This document shows, one piece after another, positions 1 through 9,477 of a stretch of DNA of 64,000 bases; the first letter of the stretch is position 1, and each line of letters begins with the position of its first letter. The notes under the pieces were generated by a model. The model did no database searches. It was given only the letters and a program-made list of their open reading frames with translations, and was not told the origin of the DNA. The stretch lies in assembly GCA_050010635.1 (NCBI GenBank), contig JBEKKR010000004.1, positions 1,074 to 65,073 of the forward strand. Reading direction: 5' to 3'. The position numbers were made by a program, and so were the translations under genes. Origin of the DNA: Candidatus Limnocylindrales bacterium (GTDB taxonomy: Bacteria > Chloroflexota > Limnocylindria > Limnocylindrales > CSP1-4).

Positions 1-1
1 C

Positions 2-241
2 GAGCCCGAGTGGGAGTCCGTCTTCGAGGCCTACGTCCGGACGGCCAACCGGCCTCGAGGCTCGGGCATCGGCCTGTATGCCGCCCGGCGCCTTATGCAC
101 GCGATGGGCGGACATGTCTGGTTGGAATCAAATGGGTACGGCGGCAGCAGATTCATGGTGGCCATCCCCGAGATGCGGCAGACTGACGCAACAAATGGTC
201 CTGAGGCGGGCGTGATGTCCGAGGCGGGCCCGGAAGGGTAG
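2..241 (+). CDS. Sensor histidine kinase, C-terminal HATPase fragment (truncated by window edge)
   Basis: Frame 2 reads EPEWESVFEAYVRTANRPRGSGIGLYAARRLMHAMGGHVWLES...TAG(239-241), containing F-box and G2-box (GxGLGL-like) motifs; directly upstream of a response regulator. Confidence 0.85.
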   Translation, partial: EPEWESVFEAYVRTANRPRGSGIGLYAARRLMHAMGGHVWLESNGYGGSRFMVAIPEMRQTDATNGPEAGVMSEAGPEG

Positions 242-257
242 TCGAGCGGAGGCTGAG

Positions 258-968
258 GTGAAGGGTATGGGTCCCGGGGAGAGGAGCCTGCTCGTGCTCG
301 TCGTGGACGACGAGCCGGCCATGGTCGGCGCCGTGTCGGCCCTGGTCGGGCGCGCCGGCCACCGCGTCGTAACCGCCTACGACGGCAACACCGCCCTGCG
401 CCGCTTCAGCGAGGAGCGCCCGGACCTCGTCCTGCTGGACCTGGCCATGCCCGGCCTGGACGGCGTGGAAGTCTGCCGGGCCATCCGCCGCATGTCCCAG
501 ACGCCGATCATCGTCCTGACCGGCGAGTCCGATGAAAGAGCCAAGGTCGAGGCCCTGGACACGGGCGCGGACGACTACGTGGTCAAGCCCTTCGGCAAGC
601 AGGAGCTTCTGGCGCGCATCCGCGCCGTCATGAGACGCCGCGGCAACGAAGCCGAACCCCACGGCGTCGGCGAGTTGCGCTGGGGTGAGATCGTGCTGGA
701 TCGGGGCCGCCACACAGCCGCGGTCTCCGGCCAGGAGATCATTCTGACCCGCACCGAGTACAGCCTCCTGGCGTCGCTGGTCGCCGCCGCCGGCCACGTC
801 GTCTCGCATTCCACGCTCCTCGCGGCCGGCTGGCCGGGCGAGCCGAACCCCGACCCGCAGTGGCTCAAGCCCCACGTGGCCCGGTTGCGCTCAAAGCTGG
901 AGGAAGCGGGCGCTCCCGTCCCGGCCTCCGTCCGCGGCGTCGGCTACCGCCTCGAGGACGCGGAGTAG
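258..968 (+). CDS. OmpR/KdpE-like response regulator
   Basis: Receiver motifs VVDDE, LDLAMP and KPF; winged-helix end VRGVGYRL. Confidence 0.92.
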   Translation: MKGMGPGERSLLVLVVDDEPAMVGAVSALVGRAGHRVVTAYDGNTALRRFSEERPDLVLLDLAMPGLDGVEVCRAIRRMSQTPIIVLTGESDERAKVEALDTGADDYVVKPFGKQELLARIRAVMRRRGNEAEPHGVGELRWGEIVLDRGRHTAAVSGQEIILTRTEYSLLASLVAAAGHVVSHSTLLAAGWPGEPNPDPQWLKPHVARLRSKLEEAGAPVPASVRGVGYRLEDAE

Positions 969-1020
969 GCCCAGCCGACAAACAACAACCCGCGCTACCT
1001 GCCGAAAGGTGCGCGGGTCG

Positions 1021-1365
1021 ATGTCGGAAAGGGACTGGTTTGCGATCTACCGGGGATCCGGTCCGCTACCGACCGGTGAACCAGGAGATGACCGCGAGAT
1101 CCTCGAGGTCGAGATCGTGTGCTACTCGGCCGCGGCGGCTCGAGACGGGGCGATGAACCAGGCCACGACCAGGATCGCGAAAACGAAGAAGGCGGCTGCG
1201 ATCACTTCTTGGCTCCTTCGGCTGAACCAATGGGATTTGGATCCCGTTCACTGTCTGGAAGTCTATTTGGGGAATCGGCGCGAATCAGTAGCGCGCGGGT
1301 GGACGATCGGTAACGCCCAGGTGACGCCAGGGTTGCCGTTCGGTACGGGCGCCGGCCCGATCTGA
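1021..1365 (+). CDS. Hypothetical protein
   Basis: Only ORF with non-shadow composition filling the gap; ATG at 1021 chosen; no recognisable motif. Confidence 0.5.
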   Translation: MSERDWFAIYRGSGPLPTGEPGDDREILEVEIVCYSAAAARDGAMNQATTRIAKTKKAAAITSWLLRLNQWDLDPVHCLEVYLGNRRESVARGWTIGNAQVTPGLPFGTGAGPI

Positions 1366-1381
1366 CCTGCGCGGCCGGGGC

Positions 1382-2623
1382 CTACGACTGCCAGGCGACC
1401 TCGCCGTGCTGGGAGGAGTCCAGGCCGGCCTCTTCTTCCGACTCCTCGACACGGAGCCCTACGAAGCGGTCCACGACCTTGAGGATCACGAAAGTAGCGA
1501 TGCCGCTGTAGATCCAGACCGCGGCCACTGCCGCGAGCTGCTTGAGGACCTGGCTGCCGTTGCCCTCGATCAGCCCGGAGACGCCCCCGACTGCGGCTAC
1601 CGCGAACACGCCGGTGAGGATCGCGCCGAGGGTTCCGCCGACGCCATGGACGGCCCACACATCCAGTGCATCGTCCACTTTGAGGTGCTCGCGCAGCAGG
1701 ATCGCGCCGTAGCACGTGGCACCGGCCGCGAAGCCGATGATGATCGCCGCGCTCGCGTCCACGAAACCCGAAGCCGGCGTGATGGCTACGAGACCGGCCA
1801 CGCCGCCGGCGACGGCGCCGACGACGCTCGGCGTGCCCTTGTGCAGCCAGCTGACCGTCACCCACGTCAGCGCTGCCATGCCCGCGGCGGTGTTCGTGAC
1901 CACGAAGGCGTTCGCGGCCAGGCCGTTCGCGGCCAGGGCCGAGCCGCCGTTGAAGCCGAACCAGCCGAACCAAAGCAGCCCGGCTCCGATCACGGTGAGG
2001 CGGACGTCATGCGGCTCGAAACGATCGGACTCGCGACGGACCCGCGGACCGAGCACCAGGGCGGCGACGAGTGCCGCCACGCCAGAGCTGATGTGGACGA
2101 CGGTGCCGCCGGCGAAGTCGATGGTGCCGAGCCCGCGCAGCCAGCCGCCCTCGCCCCAGACCCAGTGGGCGATCGGCGAGTAGACCAGCAACGTCCAGAG
2201 CAGCGTGAATAGGACGAAGGCCTTGAACCGCTTGCGTTCGGCGAAGGCCCCGGTGATCAGGGCCGGGGTGATGACCGCGAACATCATCTGGAAGGCCATG
2301 TAGGCCGTGCCCGGGATCGTCGGCGCGTACTGGGTCAGCGGCGCGACGCCGACGCCGCGCAGGCCGATGTAGTCGAGCCCGCCGATGAAGCCCCAACCGT
2401 TCACGTCCTTGCCGAACGCCAGGGTGAACCCGATGAGAACCCACGTGACGCTGACCAGGGCCAGGGTGAAGACGCTGTGCATGATCGTGCTCAGCACGTT
2501 CTTGCGGCGAACCAGGCCGCCGTAGAAGAGCGCCAGCCCCGGCGTCATGAGCATGACGAGGGCAGCCGAGGTCAGGACCCAGGCGGTGTCGCCCGAGTTG
2601 ATTGCGCTTGACGCGCTAGGCAC
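1382..2623 (-). CDS. amtB: Ammonium transporter (Amt family)
   Basis: PGLALFYGG, FQMMFA, DFAGGTVVH, WFGWFGFN and DDALDVWAVHG motifs; both pore histidines present. Confidence 0.96.
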   Translation of the reverse strand: MPSASSAINSGDTAWVLTSAALVMLMTPGLALFYGGLVRRKNVLSTIMHSVFTLALVSVTWVLIGFTLAFGKDVNGWGFIGGLDYIGLRGVGVAPLTQYAPTIPGTAYMAFQMMFAVITPALITGAFAERKRFKAFVLFTLLWTLLVYSPIAHWVWGEGGWLRGLGTIDFAGGTVVHISSGVAALVAALVLGPRVRRESDRFEPHDVRLTVIGAGLLWFGWFGFNGGSALAANGLAANAFVVTNTAAGMAALTWVTVSWLHKGTPSVVGAVAGGVAGLVAITPASGFVDASAAIIIGFAAGATCYGAILLREHLKVDDALDVWAVHGVGGTLGAILTGVFAVAAVGGVSGLIEGNGSQVLKQLAAVAAVWIYSGIATFVILKVVDRFVGLRVEESEEEAGLDSSQHGEVAWQS

Positions 2624-2856
2624 GAGTGAATCTCCTTCGCAATGTCGGTTTCTGCCCGCGAGCCGGTTCTTCTCGCGGCAAGGCCGCCCCGCTCGAACCC
2701 GAAGCGTAGGGATGCGTTTCGGCGGAATCAGTAACCGTCGGGTGTAGCCGGGGTCGCGGTCTGGTGGCGCGGCGGTTGCCGTTCAGGACGACGCGTCTGG
2801 CGCCGAAGGCGCCCCGACGGTTGACCGAACCGCTCCCGTGCCGGACTGTTCACGCC

Positions 2857-3390
2857 ATGGAATCGAACGCGGTGATCCGCGCGGTCCGGGCCGGCGAGTG
2901 GCGCATGGTCCGGGACATCCGGCTGCGCTCACTCGAAGACTCGCCCGATGCGTTCGGCTCCGCCCTCACCGATGAGCGGTCGCTGCCGGATCGCGCCTGG
3001 ATCGAGCGGACCGAGAGATACGCTCGGGGCGATGACAGCGCGGCCTTCATTGCCGAGACGCCCGCCGGATGGATCGGCTTCGTCATGGCTCGAATCGAAG
3101 CGGAAGACCGCACTCGCGCGGGCCTGTTCGGACTCTGGGTCGATCCGGCGGCGCGGGCGGCCGGGGCGGGGCTCGCCCTGACACAGGCCGTCATCGCCTG
3201 GGCACTGGAGCAAGGAGCGCGCACTCTTGCCCTGTCGGTGGTCGCGTCCAACTCGACGGCCATCAGGATCTACAGGCGGGCCGGGTTGGCCGAGACGGGC
3301 AACACGATGCCGATGCCGCGGAAACCGCAGCTCATGGAGATCCAGATGGAGAAGAACCTGATGTCGCCGGCCGCCGACGGAGGCGTCTAG
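2857..3390 (+). CDS. GNAT family N-acetyltransferase
   Basis: RLRSLEDSPDAFGS N-terminus, LWVDPAARAAGAG acetyl-CoA motif A, NxxAIRIYxRxG motif B; start moved to ATG 2857. Confidence 0.88.
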   Translation: MESNAVIRAVRAGEWRMVRDIRLRSLEDSPDAFGSALTDERSLPDRAWIERTERYARGDDSAAFIAETPAGWIGFVMARIEAEDRTRAGLFGLWVDPAARAAGAGLALTQAVIAWALEQGARTLALSVVASNSTAIRIYRRAGLAETGNTMPMPRKPQLMEIQMEKNLMSPAADGGV

Positions 3391-3647
3391 CCGGCGGAGG
3401 CCTCCAGCGGCGTGATCCGGTGCGGCAGATCGAGGCAATCGACTCGGCAGCCGCGGGCGTCGTAGCCGGACATTCCCCAGAAGTGGCGCCACGCCGCGTC
3501 AGGGCCCAACAGGCCGCCATCGCGCAGCGATTCACGGGCCGTGAGGCGGCAGCCGCAGGCCGCGCACGTCAGCACGAACGACTCGTCGCGGCGCAGGGCG
3601 CGCGGTCCGGCCGACTCCCCCACCTGCTCGAACTCGTACGCATTCAT
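3387..3647 (-). CDS. Small Cys-rich hypothetical protein (possible metal/zinc binding)
   Basis: CAACGC...H...CRVDC...H in 86 aa; TAGTGT -10-like hexamer 7 nt upstream of ATG 3647. Confidence 0.6.
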   Translation of the reverse strand: MNAYEFEQVGESAGPRALRRDESFVLTCAACGCRLTARESLRDGGLLGPDAAWRHFWGMSGYDARGCRVDCLDLPHRITPLEASAG

Positions 3648-3735
3648 GCCGAAAACACTACGCCGTGCCTGTGGCGCCGATCGTTGCGGTTCGGAAACAC
3701 TTCGGGACGTTGCGGTTCCGGAGGCGGCCGCGAGC

Positions 3736-5181
3736 CTACACGCCCAGCCGAGCCTTTGCGGCGGCGAGGGCCGCGGCCACGCGGCGAGGGGCCGTGCCGC
3801 CGATGACATCGCAACCGGCCATCGCGCCCTCGAGACCGGCGGCCGTGCGCAGCTCCCCGGGGACGGCAGCATCGCCTACGAGCGCAATCGCGATCGAATC
3901 GTCGGAGGCGGAAAGCGCGGCACCGATCACGGCGTCATCCAGCGTGCCCAGCCCTACCCCACCCCGCTCCGCCTCGGCGACGAGTGCGGCCACGATGTGG
4001 TGAGCGGCTCGGAATGCCACTCCCCGCCGGACGAGGGCGTCCGCCACGGCCGTGGCCGTGGTGTATCCCTCGGCTGCCGCAGCGCGCATCCGGGCGCGGT
4101 CCACGGTGAGCGTCGCCACCATGCCGGACATGACGAGCAGCGACGCCTCCAGCGTGGCCGCGGCGTCGAACAGGGCCGGCTTGTCGTCCTGCATGTCCTT
4201 CTGGTAGGCGAGCGGCAAACCCTTGAGCAGCGTCAGCATGCCGGTGAGCGCGCCGATGACCCGGGCTGACTTCCCGCGCACCAGCTCGGCCGGATCGGGG
4301 TTCTTCTTGTTCGGCATCATCGAAGAGCCAGTCGAGAACGCATCCGCCGCGCGCACGAAGCCGAATCGCGGGTTCGACCACCACGTGATCTCCTCGGCCA
4401 GCCGCGATAGGTGGACCATGCACAGCGCGAACGCGGCCAGGGCCTCCACGACGAAGTCGCGGTCGCTGACGCCGTCGAGCGAGTTGGCGGTGACGCCGTC
4501 GAAACCGAGCTCCGCAGCCGTCGCTTCGCGGTCGAGCGGATAGCCCGCACCGGCGAGCGCTCCCGACCCGAGAGGGCTCACGTTAGCCCGCCTCCGGCAA
4601 TCGGCCAGCCGGCCACGGTCGCGTTCGAGCATCTCGACGTATGCCAGCAGGTGATGGGCCAACAGCACCGGCTGGGCCGGCTGGATATGGGTCATGCCCG
4701 GGAGAATCGCCTCGCCCTCGCGTTCGGCCAGGCCCACCAGCGCGCGTTCCATCTCGACGATCGCCCCGTCCAGGCCGTCGATGGTCCGGCGTAGCCAGAG
4801 GCGCATGTCCGTTGCCACCTGGTCGTTGCGCGACCTGCCGGTGTGGAGCCGTCCCGCGACGGGGCCGATCCTCTCCCGCAGGGCCGCCTCCAGGTTCATG
4901 TGGATGTCCTCGAGCGCCGGATCCCAGGTCAGCGTTCCGGCCTCAACCTCCACCCGCATCCCTTCGAGCCCGCGTACCAGCGTCTCGACCTCGTCGGGGG
5001 CGAGCAGACCGGCCCGGCCGAGCCCATGGACGTGAGCTATCGAACCGGCGATGTCGTCGACCGCCAGAGCGTGGTCGAAGTCGATCGAGCGCGTGAATTC
5101 CGCCATCCGCTCGTCGGACGCGCCTTCGAATCGGCCGCCCCACATCCGCACGGGTTGTCCTCCATCCTCGTAGTTGGGCAT
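3736..5181 (-). CDS. argH: Argininosuccinate lyase
   Basis: MWGGRF, EDIHM, HTGRSRNDQ and GSSMMPNKKNPD signatures. Confidence 0.97.
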   Translation of the reverse strand: MPNYEDGGQPVRMWGGRFEGASDERMAEFTRSIDFDHALAVDDIAGSIAHVHGLGRAGLLAPDEVETLVRGLEGMRVEVEAGTLTWDPALEDIHMNLEAALRERIGPVAGRLHTGRSRNDQVATDMRLWLRRTIDGLDGAIVEMERALVGLAEREGEAILPGMTHIQPAQPVLLAHHLLAYVEMLERDRGRLADCRRRANVSPLGSGALAGAGYPLDREATAAELGFDGVTANSLDGVSDRDFVVEALAAFALCMVHLSRLAEEITWWSNPRFGFVRAADAFSTGSSMMPNKKNPDPAELVRGKSARVIGALTGMLTLLKGLPLAYQKDMQDDKPALFDAAATLEASLLVMSGMVATLTVDRARMRAAAAEGYTTATAVADALVRRGVAFRAAHHIVAALVAEAERGGVGLGTLDDAVIGAALSASDDSIAIALVGDAAVPGELRTAAGLEGAMAGCDVIGGTAPRRVAAALAAAKARLGV

Positions 5182-5226
5182 GGTACCGGGCCGCCGGGCC
5201 CGGCGCGCAGCATTGCGAGGCCGGGC

Positions 5227-6453
5227 TCAGCCAACCAGGGGGATGGGAACGCCGATCGCGGGTTCGGAAATCTGACCCCGGTCCGTGGGAAGCGCCACAA
5301 ACCCGATGCCCCCGCCGATCACAGCAATGATGGCCCCGACGCCGAAGACGCCCACCGGACCCACCGCGCCGTACAGGATCCCGCCGATGAAGTTGGCCAG
5401 AATGGCGGCGATTCCGAATGCGGCTGCCTGCATGAGCGTCTGCCCCGTGGACTGGAGCCGGGCCGGCAACATCGTCGCGACCGTCAGCACGTACGAGACG
5501 AAAACCCCGGAGAAGAAGATCCCGGACGCGAAGCGCGTGGCCAGGATCGGGCCAGCGTCCACCAGGACGATCCAGCTGAGCATGCATGCGGCAAAGCCCG
5601 CGGAGGAGGCCGCGAGCACCCACCGCGCCCCCAGTCGGGCAACCAGCAGACCGGCGATTACCAGGCCGGGGACTTCCGCGGCAGAGCCGATGCCGTTCAC
5701 AAGGCCCACCTCGGTCGGCCCACCGCCCAGGTCGGAAATGCGGAGCGTGATGTACGTGCCGCTGGCCATGATTCCGAAGAAGACACACGTGACCGAGATG
5801 AGCACGGCCACGAGGCGCGGCTTCACCTTGAAGGCCTCGCCCACCGAGCCGAGCCGGCCGCGCTCCGGAACGGCCTGGACCTTGCCATCCCGCAAGGCCC
5901 GCGCCTGCCGGTAGCGCTCGCTGTCGCGGCCGTGAGGCACGCGCTGGGCGCTGATGAAGGTGGACGCCATCGCGGCCAGGTAGATGACGGGCGCCGCCAG
6001 GTATCCGACGGCGCCGTACACGAAGCCGCAGGCGATGGAGCTGCCGGCGGCCGCGATGCTGGTGAGCAGCCGCAAACGGGCGTATTCGCGCGATGGATCC
6101 TCGAGAACCGGCACGGCCATCGCATCGGTCAGGGCCATGGCCGGGCCGCCGCCCGCGCTCAGGACGATCTGGCACACGATGATGGCCCACACTGGGAAGG
6201 GCGCGCTCAGGCCCAGGGCGAAGATGGCGGCGGGGATGCAGGCCATTTGAAGCGTGCGGCGCGGACCGCTGACGATGTCGCCGACATGCCCCCATGCCGG
6301 CAGGGCCATCGTGTAGGCAAACGAGCCAAGGCTCGTCGCAACGCCGATCAGGGCCGGGTCGAAGCCCTTCGACTGCAACAGGACCGGCACGAATCCATAC
6401 AACGAGCCGAAGGCGAACCCGTTGGACATGTACAAAGCTCGAAGCCAGCGCAT
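5227..6453 (-). CDS. MFS transporter (MFS_1-like)
   Basis: About 12 hydrophobic segments; ATG 6453 lies 6 nt after a TACCAT -10-like hexamer. Confidence 0.85.
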   Translation of the reverse strand: MRWLRALYMSNGFAFGSLYGFVPVLLQSKGFDPALIGVATSLGSFAYTMALPAWGHVGDIVSGPRRTLQMACIPAAIFALGLSAPFPVWAIIVCQIVLSAGGGPAMALTDAMAVPVLEDPSREYARLRLLTSIAAAGSSIACGFVYGAVGYLAAPVIYLAAMASTFISAQRVPHGRDSERYRQARALRDGKVQAVPERGRLGSVGEAFKVKPRLVAVLISVTCVFFGIMASGTYITLRISDLGGGPTEVGLVNGIGSAAEVPGLVIAGLLVARLGARWVLAASSAGFAACMLSWIVLVDAGPILATRFASGIFFSGVFVSYVLTVATMLPARLQSTGQTLMQAAAFGIAAILANFIGGILYGAVGPVGVFGVGAIIAVIGGGIGFVALPTDRGQISEPAIGVPIPLVG

Positions 6454-6546
6454 CCCGAAATGGTACCCGCGGCAGCGCGCCGGCGGCGTCATTGGCCCTA
6501 CGTAGGCGACGCCGGTATGAGCTGCGGCTGCGGCTATGCTTCGCCG

Positions 6547-7530
6547 ATGGCGAACCCCTCCGAGGCCCGGCCGAACCCGGCCCTCGCTTCCGCTACGGCA
6601 CCCAAAGCCCGCGTCGCCGCACTGCATTCGAGCCGTGCCGACTGGCTACTCTTCGCGATGCTCGGGGCCATCTGGGGCAGCAGCTTCCTGTTCATAAAGA
6701 TCGGCCTCGAGTACATCGGTCCCTTCGAGCTGGTCAGCTTCCGTCTCCTGTTTGGAACGACCGCCCTGGCCGTGATCGTCCGCGTCGCGCGTGAACCTCT
6801 GCCTCGCGATCGGGCGACCATCGGCAAGCTCCTGTTTCTGGCGGTCTTCAATGTCGCCATCCCCTTCTCGCTCATCACCTGGGGCGAGCTGTCGATCCCA
6901 TCCGGCACGGCCGCGATCGTCAACGCGACCGTCCCGCTCTTCACCGTATGCGTCGCCGCGTTGGCCATAGGCGAGGCGTTCGACGCCCCGAGGATCGCCG
7001 GGCTCGCGGCCGGCTTCGCCGGCGTCGTCATCGTCGTGAGCCGCAACGCCGGCAGCGGCAGCACCGCCGGCGAGCTGGCCGTGGCCGCGGCCGCCTGTTC
7101 GTACGCCGTCTCGAACGTCTTCGCCCGCCGCCACCTAGGGCACCTGCGGCCGATGATCATCGCCATCGGGCAGGTTGGACTGGCCCTGCCGATCGTGGCC
7201 GTGACCGCCCTGATCCTCGAGCATCCCTGGACGGTGCCACTCCGACCCGAGCCGATACTGGCCACGCTCTGGCTGGGGGCGCTGGGATCGGCCGTGGCCT
7301 ATCTGATCTCGTTCCGGCTCCTCCAGCGATGGGATGCCACGCGCGCCTCCCTCGTCACGTACCTGCTCCCGATCGTGGGCGTCACGCTCGGCGCCGTCGT
7401 CCTGGGTGAGCAGGTCGACGCTCGCGTCGTCCTCGGCACGATCCTGATCGTCGGCGGAGTCGCGATGGTCAACTTGCGGGGGTTGCGGCGGCCGGGTCTG
7501 AGCGCGGCCGTGCCCGCCGAAGAGGCTTGA
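6547..7530 (+). CDS. EamA/DMT family transporter
   Basis: IWGSSFLFIK and YLLPIVGVTLG..LGE motifs in two EamA repeats; the true gene is the 3' part of the 895-aa ORF; TATGCT 6 nt upstream of ATG. Confidence 0.92.
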   Translation: MANPSEARPNPALASATAPKARVAALHSSRADWLLFAMLGAIWGSSFLFIKIGLEYIGPFELVSFRLLFGTTALAVIVRVAREPLPRDRATIGKLLFLAVFNVAIPFSLITWGELSIPSGTAAIVNATVPLFTVCVAALAIGEAFDAPRIAGLAAGFAGVVIVVSRNAGSGSTAGELAVAAAACSYAVSNVFARRHLGHLRPMIIAIGQVGLALPIVAVTALILEHPWTVPLRPEPILATLWLGALGSAVAYLISFRLLQRWDATRASLVTYLLPIVGVTLGAVVLGEQVDARVVLGTILIVGGVAMVNLRGLRRPGLSAAVPAEEA

Positions 7531-7591
7531 GCCGGGCGAGACCTTGCCTGCGCGGTCTCCTTGGCATACCGTGCACGCCAAGGAGGCTGAC

Positions 7592-8725
7592 GTGGCGAAG
7601 GGACACCACAACCGTCATGGCGGCAAGGACGGCGCGAGCGCCGACGTCGCCGCCAAGGCCGGGTCCAAGAAAGCTGCGGAGAAGGCGCCCGCGACTCGGG
7701 CCGCGGCTGCTGCGGCTGCCAAGGGAGCGGCCGTAGCTGCCACTCCCCCGCCGCCGGCCCCGCCGGCTCCGCCCGTCACGCCGGCGACAGTCGCCCACGA
7801 GAACGCCTCTGCCCGCGCCGAAGCCGCCGCAGCCGTCCATCGGGAGAGGCGGGTCGTTCGCTCCGCGGCCGAGCGTCGCGAGGGCCACAAGATCGCCCAC
7901 GCCGACGCGTTCGACCCGACCACCGGCGACCTCGTCCAGAAGCGCCGCGACAAGCTCGACACCAAGTTCTACGAGTCAGAGCTGGTTCGCCTCCAGGTCG
8001 AGCTGGTCAAGCTCCAGGAGTGGATCCGCGCCCAAGGGCTCAAGGTCGTCTGCCTCTTCGAGGGTCGCGACGCGGCCGGCAAGGGCGGCGTAATCAAGCG
8101 GATCACGGAAACGCTCAACCCGCGCATCGCCCGCATCTGCGCCCTCGGGATTCCGACCGAACGCGAGAAGACGCAGTGGTATTTCCAGCGCTATGTGGCC
8201 CAGCTCCCGGCAGCCGGCGAGTGGGTTCTCTTCGACCGCAGCTGGTACAACCGGGCCGGCGTGGAGCACGTCATGGGCTTCTGCACCGACGACGAATACC
8301 AGGACTTCCTGCGGACGGCACCCGAGTTCGAGCGGATGCTGATCCGCTCCGGGAACATCCTGATCAAGTACTGGTTCTCGGTCAGCGACGAGGAGCAGGA
8401 GAGACGCTTCCAGGATCGGATCAACCAGCCGACCAAGCGCTGGAAGATCTCGCCGATGGACGTGACCGCGCGCTCGAAATGGGTCGACTACTCGAAGGCG
8501 AAGGACGCCATGTTCGCCGCGACCGACACGGCCGACGCACCCTGGTGGGTGGTCGAGGCCGACGACAAGATGCGCGCTCGTCTCAACTGCATCAACCACC
8601 TGCTGGGCGTGATCCCGTACCAGGACACCACTCCAGCGCAGATCGTCCTGCCGCCCCGGCAGGTCGACAAGGGCTACGCCCGCCCCCCGATCACCAACCA
8701 GCACTTCGTCCCAGACAAGTATTGA
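7592..8725 (+). CDS. ppk2: Polyphosphate kinase 2 with long low-complexity N-terminal extension
   Basis: FEGRDAAGKGG Walker A, FDRSWYNRAGVE and RWKISPMD motifs; AAGGAGG SD before GTG 7592. Confidence 0.95.
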   Translation: MAKGHHNRHGGKDGASADVAAKAGSKKAAEKAPATRAAAAAAAKGAAVAATPPPPAPPAPPVTPATVAHENASARAEAAAAVHRERRVVRSAAERREGHKIAHADAFDPTTGDLVQKRRDKLDTKFYESELVRLQVELVKLQEWIRAQGLKVVCLFEGRDAAGKGGVIKRITETLNPRIARICALGIPTEREKTQWYFQRYVAQLPAAGEWVLFDRSWYNRAGVEHVMGFCTDDEYQDFLRTAPEFERMLIRSGNILIKYWFSVSDEEQERRFQDRINQPTKRWKISPMDVTARSKWVDYSKAKDAMFAATDTADAPWWVVEADDKMRARLNCINHLLGVIPYQDTTPAQIVLPPRQVDKGYARPPITNQHFVPDKY

Positions 8726-8739
8726 CGGCCCGCGGCCAC

Positions 8740-9474
8740 GTGTCCGACCAGCTCTCGTTGAGTCTCACCGGCGACGTCGCCCGCCTGCCGCGATCGGTCC
8801 GGCCGATGCTGGCCAAACCGGCCGACGCCGCTTTCGACTCGGACGAGCACGTCTTCGAGCCGCGCTGGGGCGGGCGCCGGGTGCTCGCCTTCATCGAGCC
8901 CGACAGAGCGGGTCAGGCCGCTCGCCTGCGCCTGATCGACGAGGACGGCCGGGACCTGACTCCGTTCTTCCCCGAGCTGGCGACGCTGACCGGCCTAGTC
9001 GGCGATCTGCCGGCGATCCTCGACGGCGAGCTCGTGCTTCCTGACAGGTCGGGCAGGATGGATCGGGAGGCCTTCGCCGGGCGGATCGATCACGGCCGGA
9101 CGGACGGCGTCGTCCCGGTCTACCTCGCCTTCGACCTGATATGGGCCAGCGGGCGCCCCATCATCGCCCAGCCTCTGCAGCGCCGCCGCGAGCGCCTGGC
9201 CCGGATCGTCCATTCGAGTGCCGAGCTGGTGGTCCTGCCCGGCGTCGTGCGAGACGGAATGGATCTCTACTCCGCCGTGGCCCAGCAGGGGCTGCGAGGA
9301 GTCATGGCGCGCCACCTTCGCAGCCCGTACCTGCCCGGCCGGCGCAGCGAGCTGTGGCGCTGGATCGCCTCGCAGCCGGGGGAGATGCCGCTCCACGCCC
9401 TCCCGGACCCGGTCGCCGAACCGACGGCACGGCCGATCCTGGCCCTGATCCAGCGCCTTCCGCTAGAAGACTGA
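8740..9474 (+). CDS. ATP-dependent DNA ligase adenylation-domain homologue with degenerate catalytic motifs
   Basis: PMLA, ILDGE, YLAFDL and SPYLPGRRS match LigC/LigD ligase domains, but motif I reads EPRWGGRR instead of ExKxDGxR; no OB domain. Confidence 0.8.
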   Translation: MSDQLSLSLTGDVARLPRSVRPMLAKPADAAFDSDEHVFEPRWGGRRVLAFIEPDRAGQAARLRLIDEDGRDLTPFFPELATLTGLVGDLPAILDGELVLPDRSGRMDREAFAGRIDHGRTDGVVPVYLAFDLIWASGRPIIAQPLQRRRERLARIVHSSAELVVLPGVVRDGMDLYSAVAQQGLRGVMARHLRSPYLPGRRSELWRWIASQPGEMPLHALPDPVAEPTARPILALIQRLPLED

Positions 9475-9477
9475 GGG

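Noticed and set aside
1382-2623. amtB without adjacent glnK
   Set aside because: Unlinked amt genes are common; not informative without the rest of the genome.
2716-2748. GTTAC/GAAAC-like half-sites upstream of amtB as a GlnR box
   Set aside because: Spacing does not fit the n6 pattern.
2779-2821. Small three-way-junction-like fold between amtB and the GNAT gene, considered as a glutamine-type riboswitch
   Set aside because: Conserved junction nucleotides could not be matched, and short GC stems arise easily by chance at this GC content.
4843-6546. Apparent long N-terminal fusion to the EamA transporter; similar extensions on rpiB, lsrK, dhaL, phoU and the SorC regulator
   Set aside because: Artefacts of longest-ORF calling that overlap real genes; true starts have SD or -10 support downstream.
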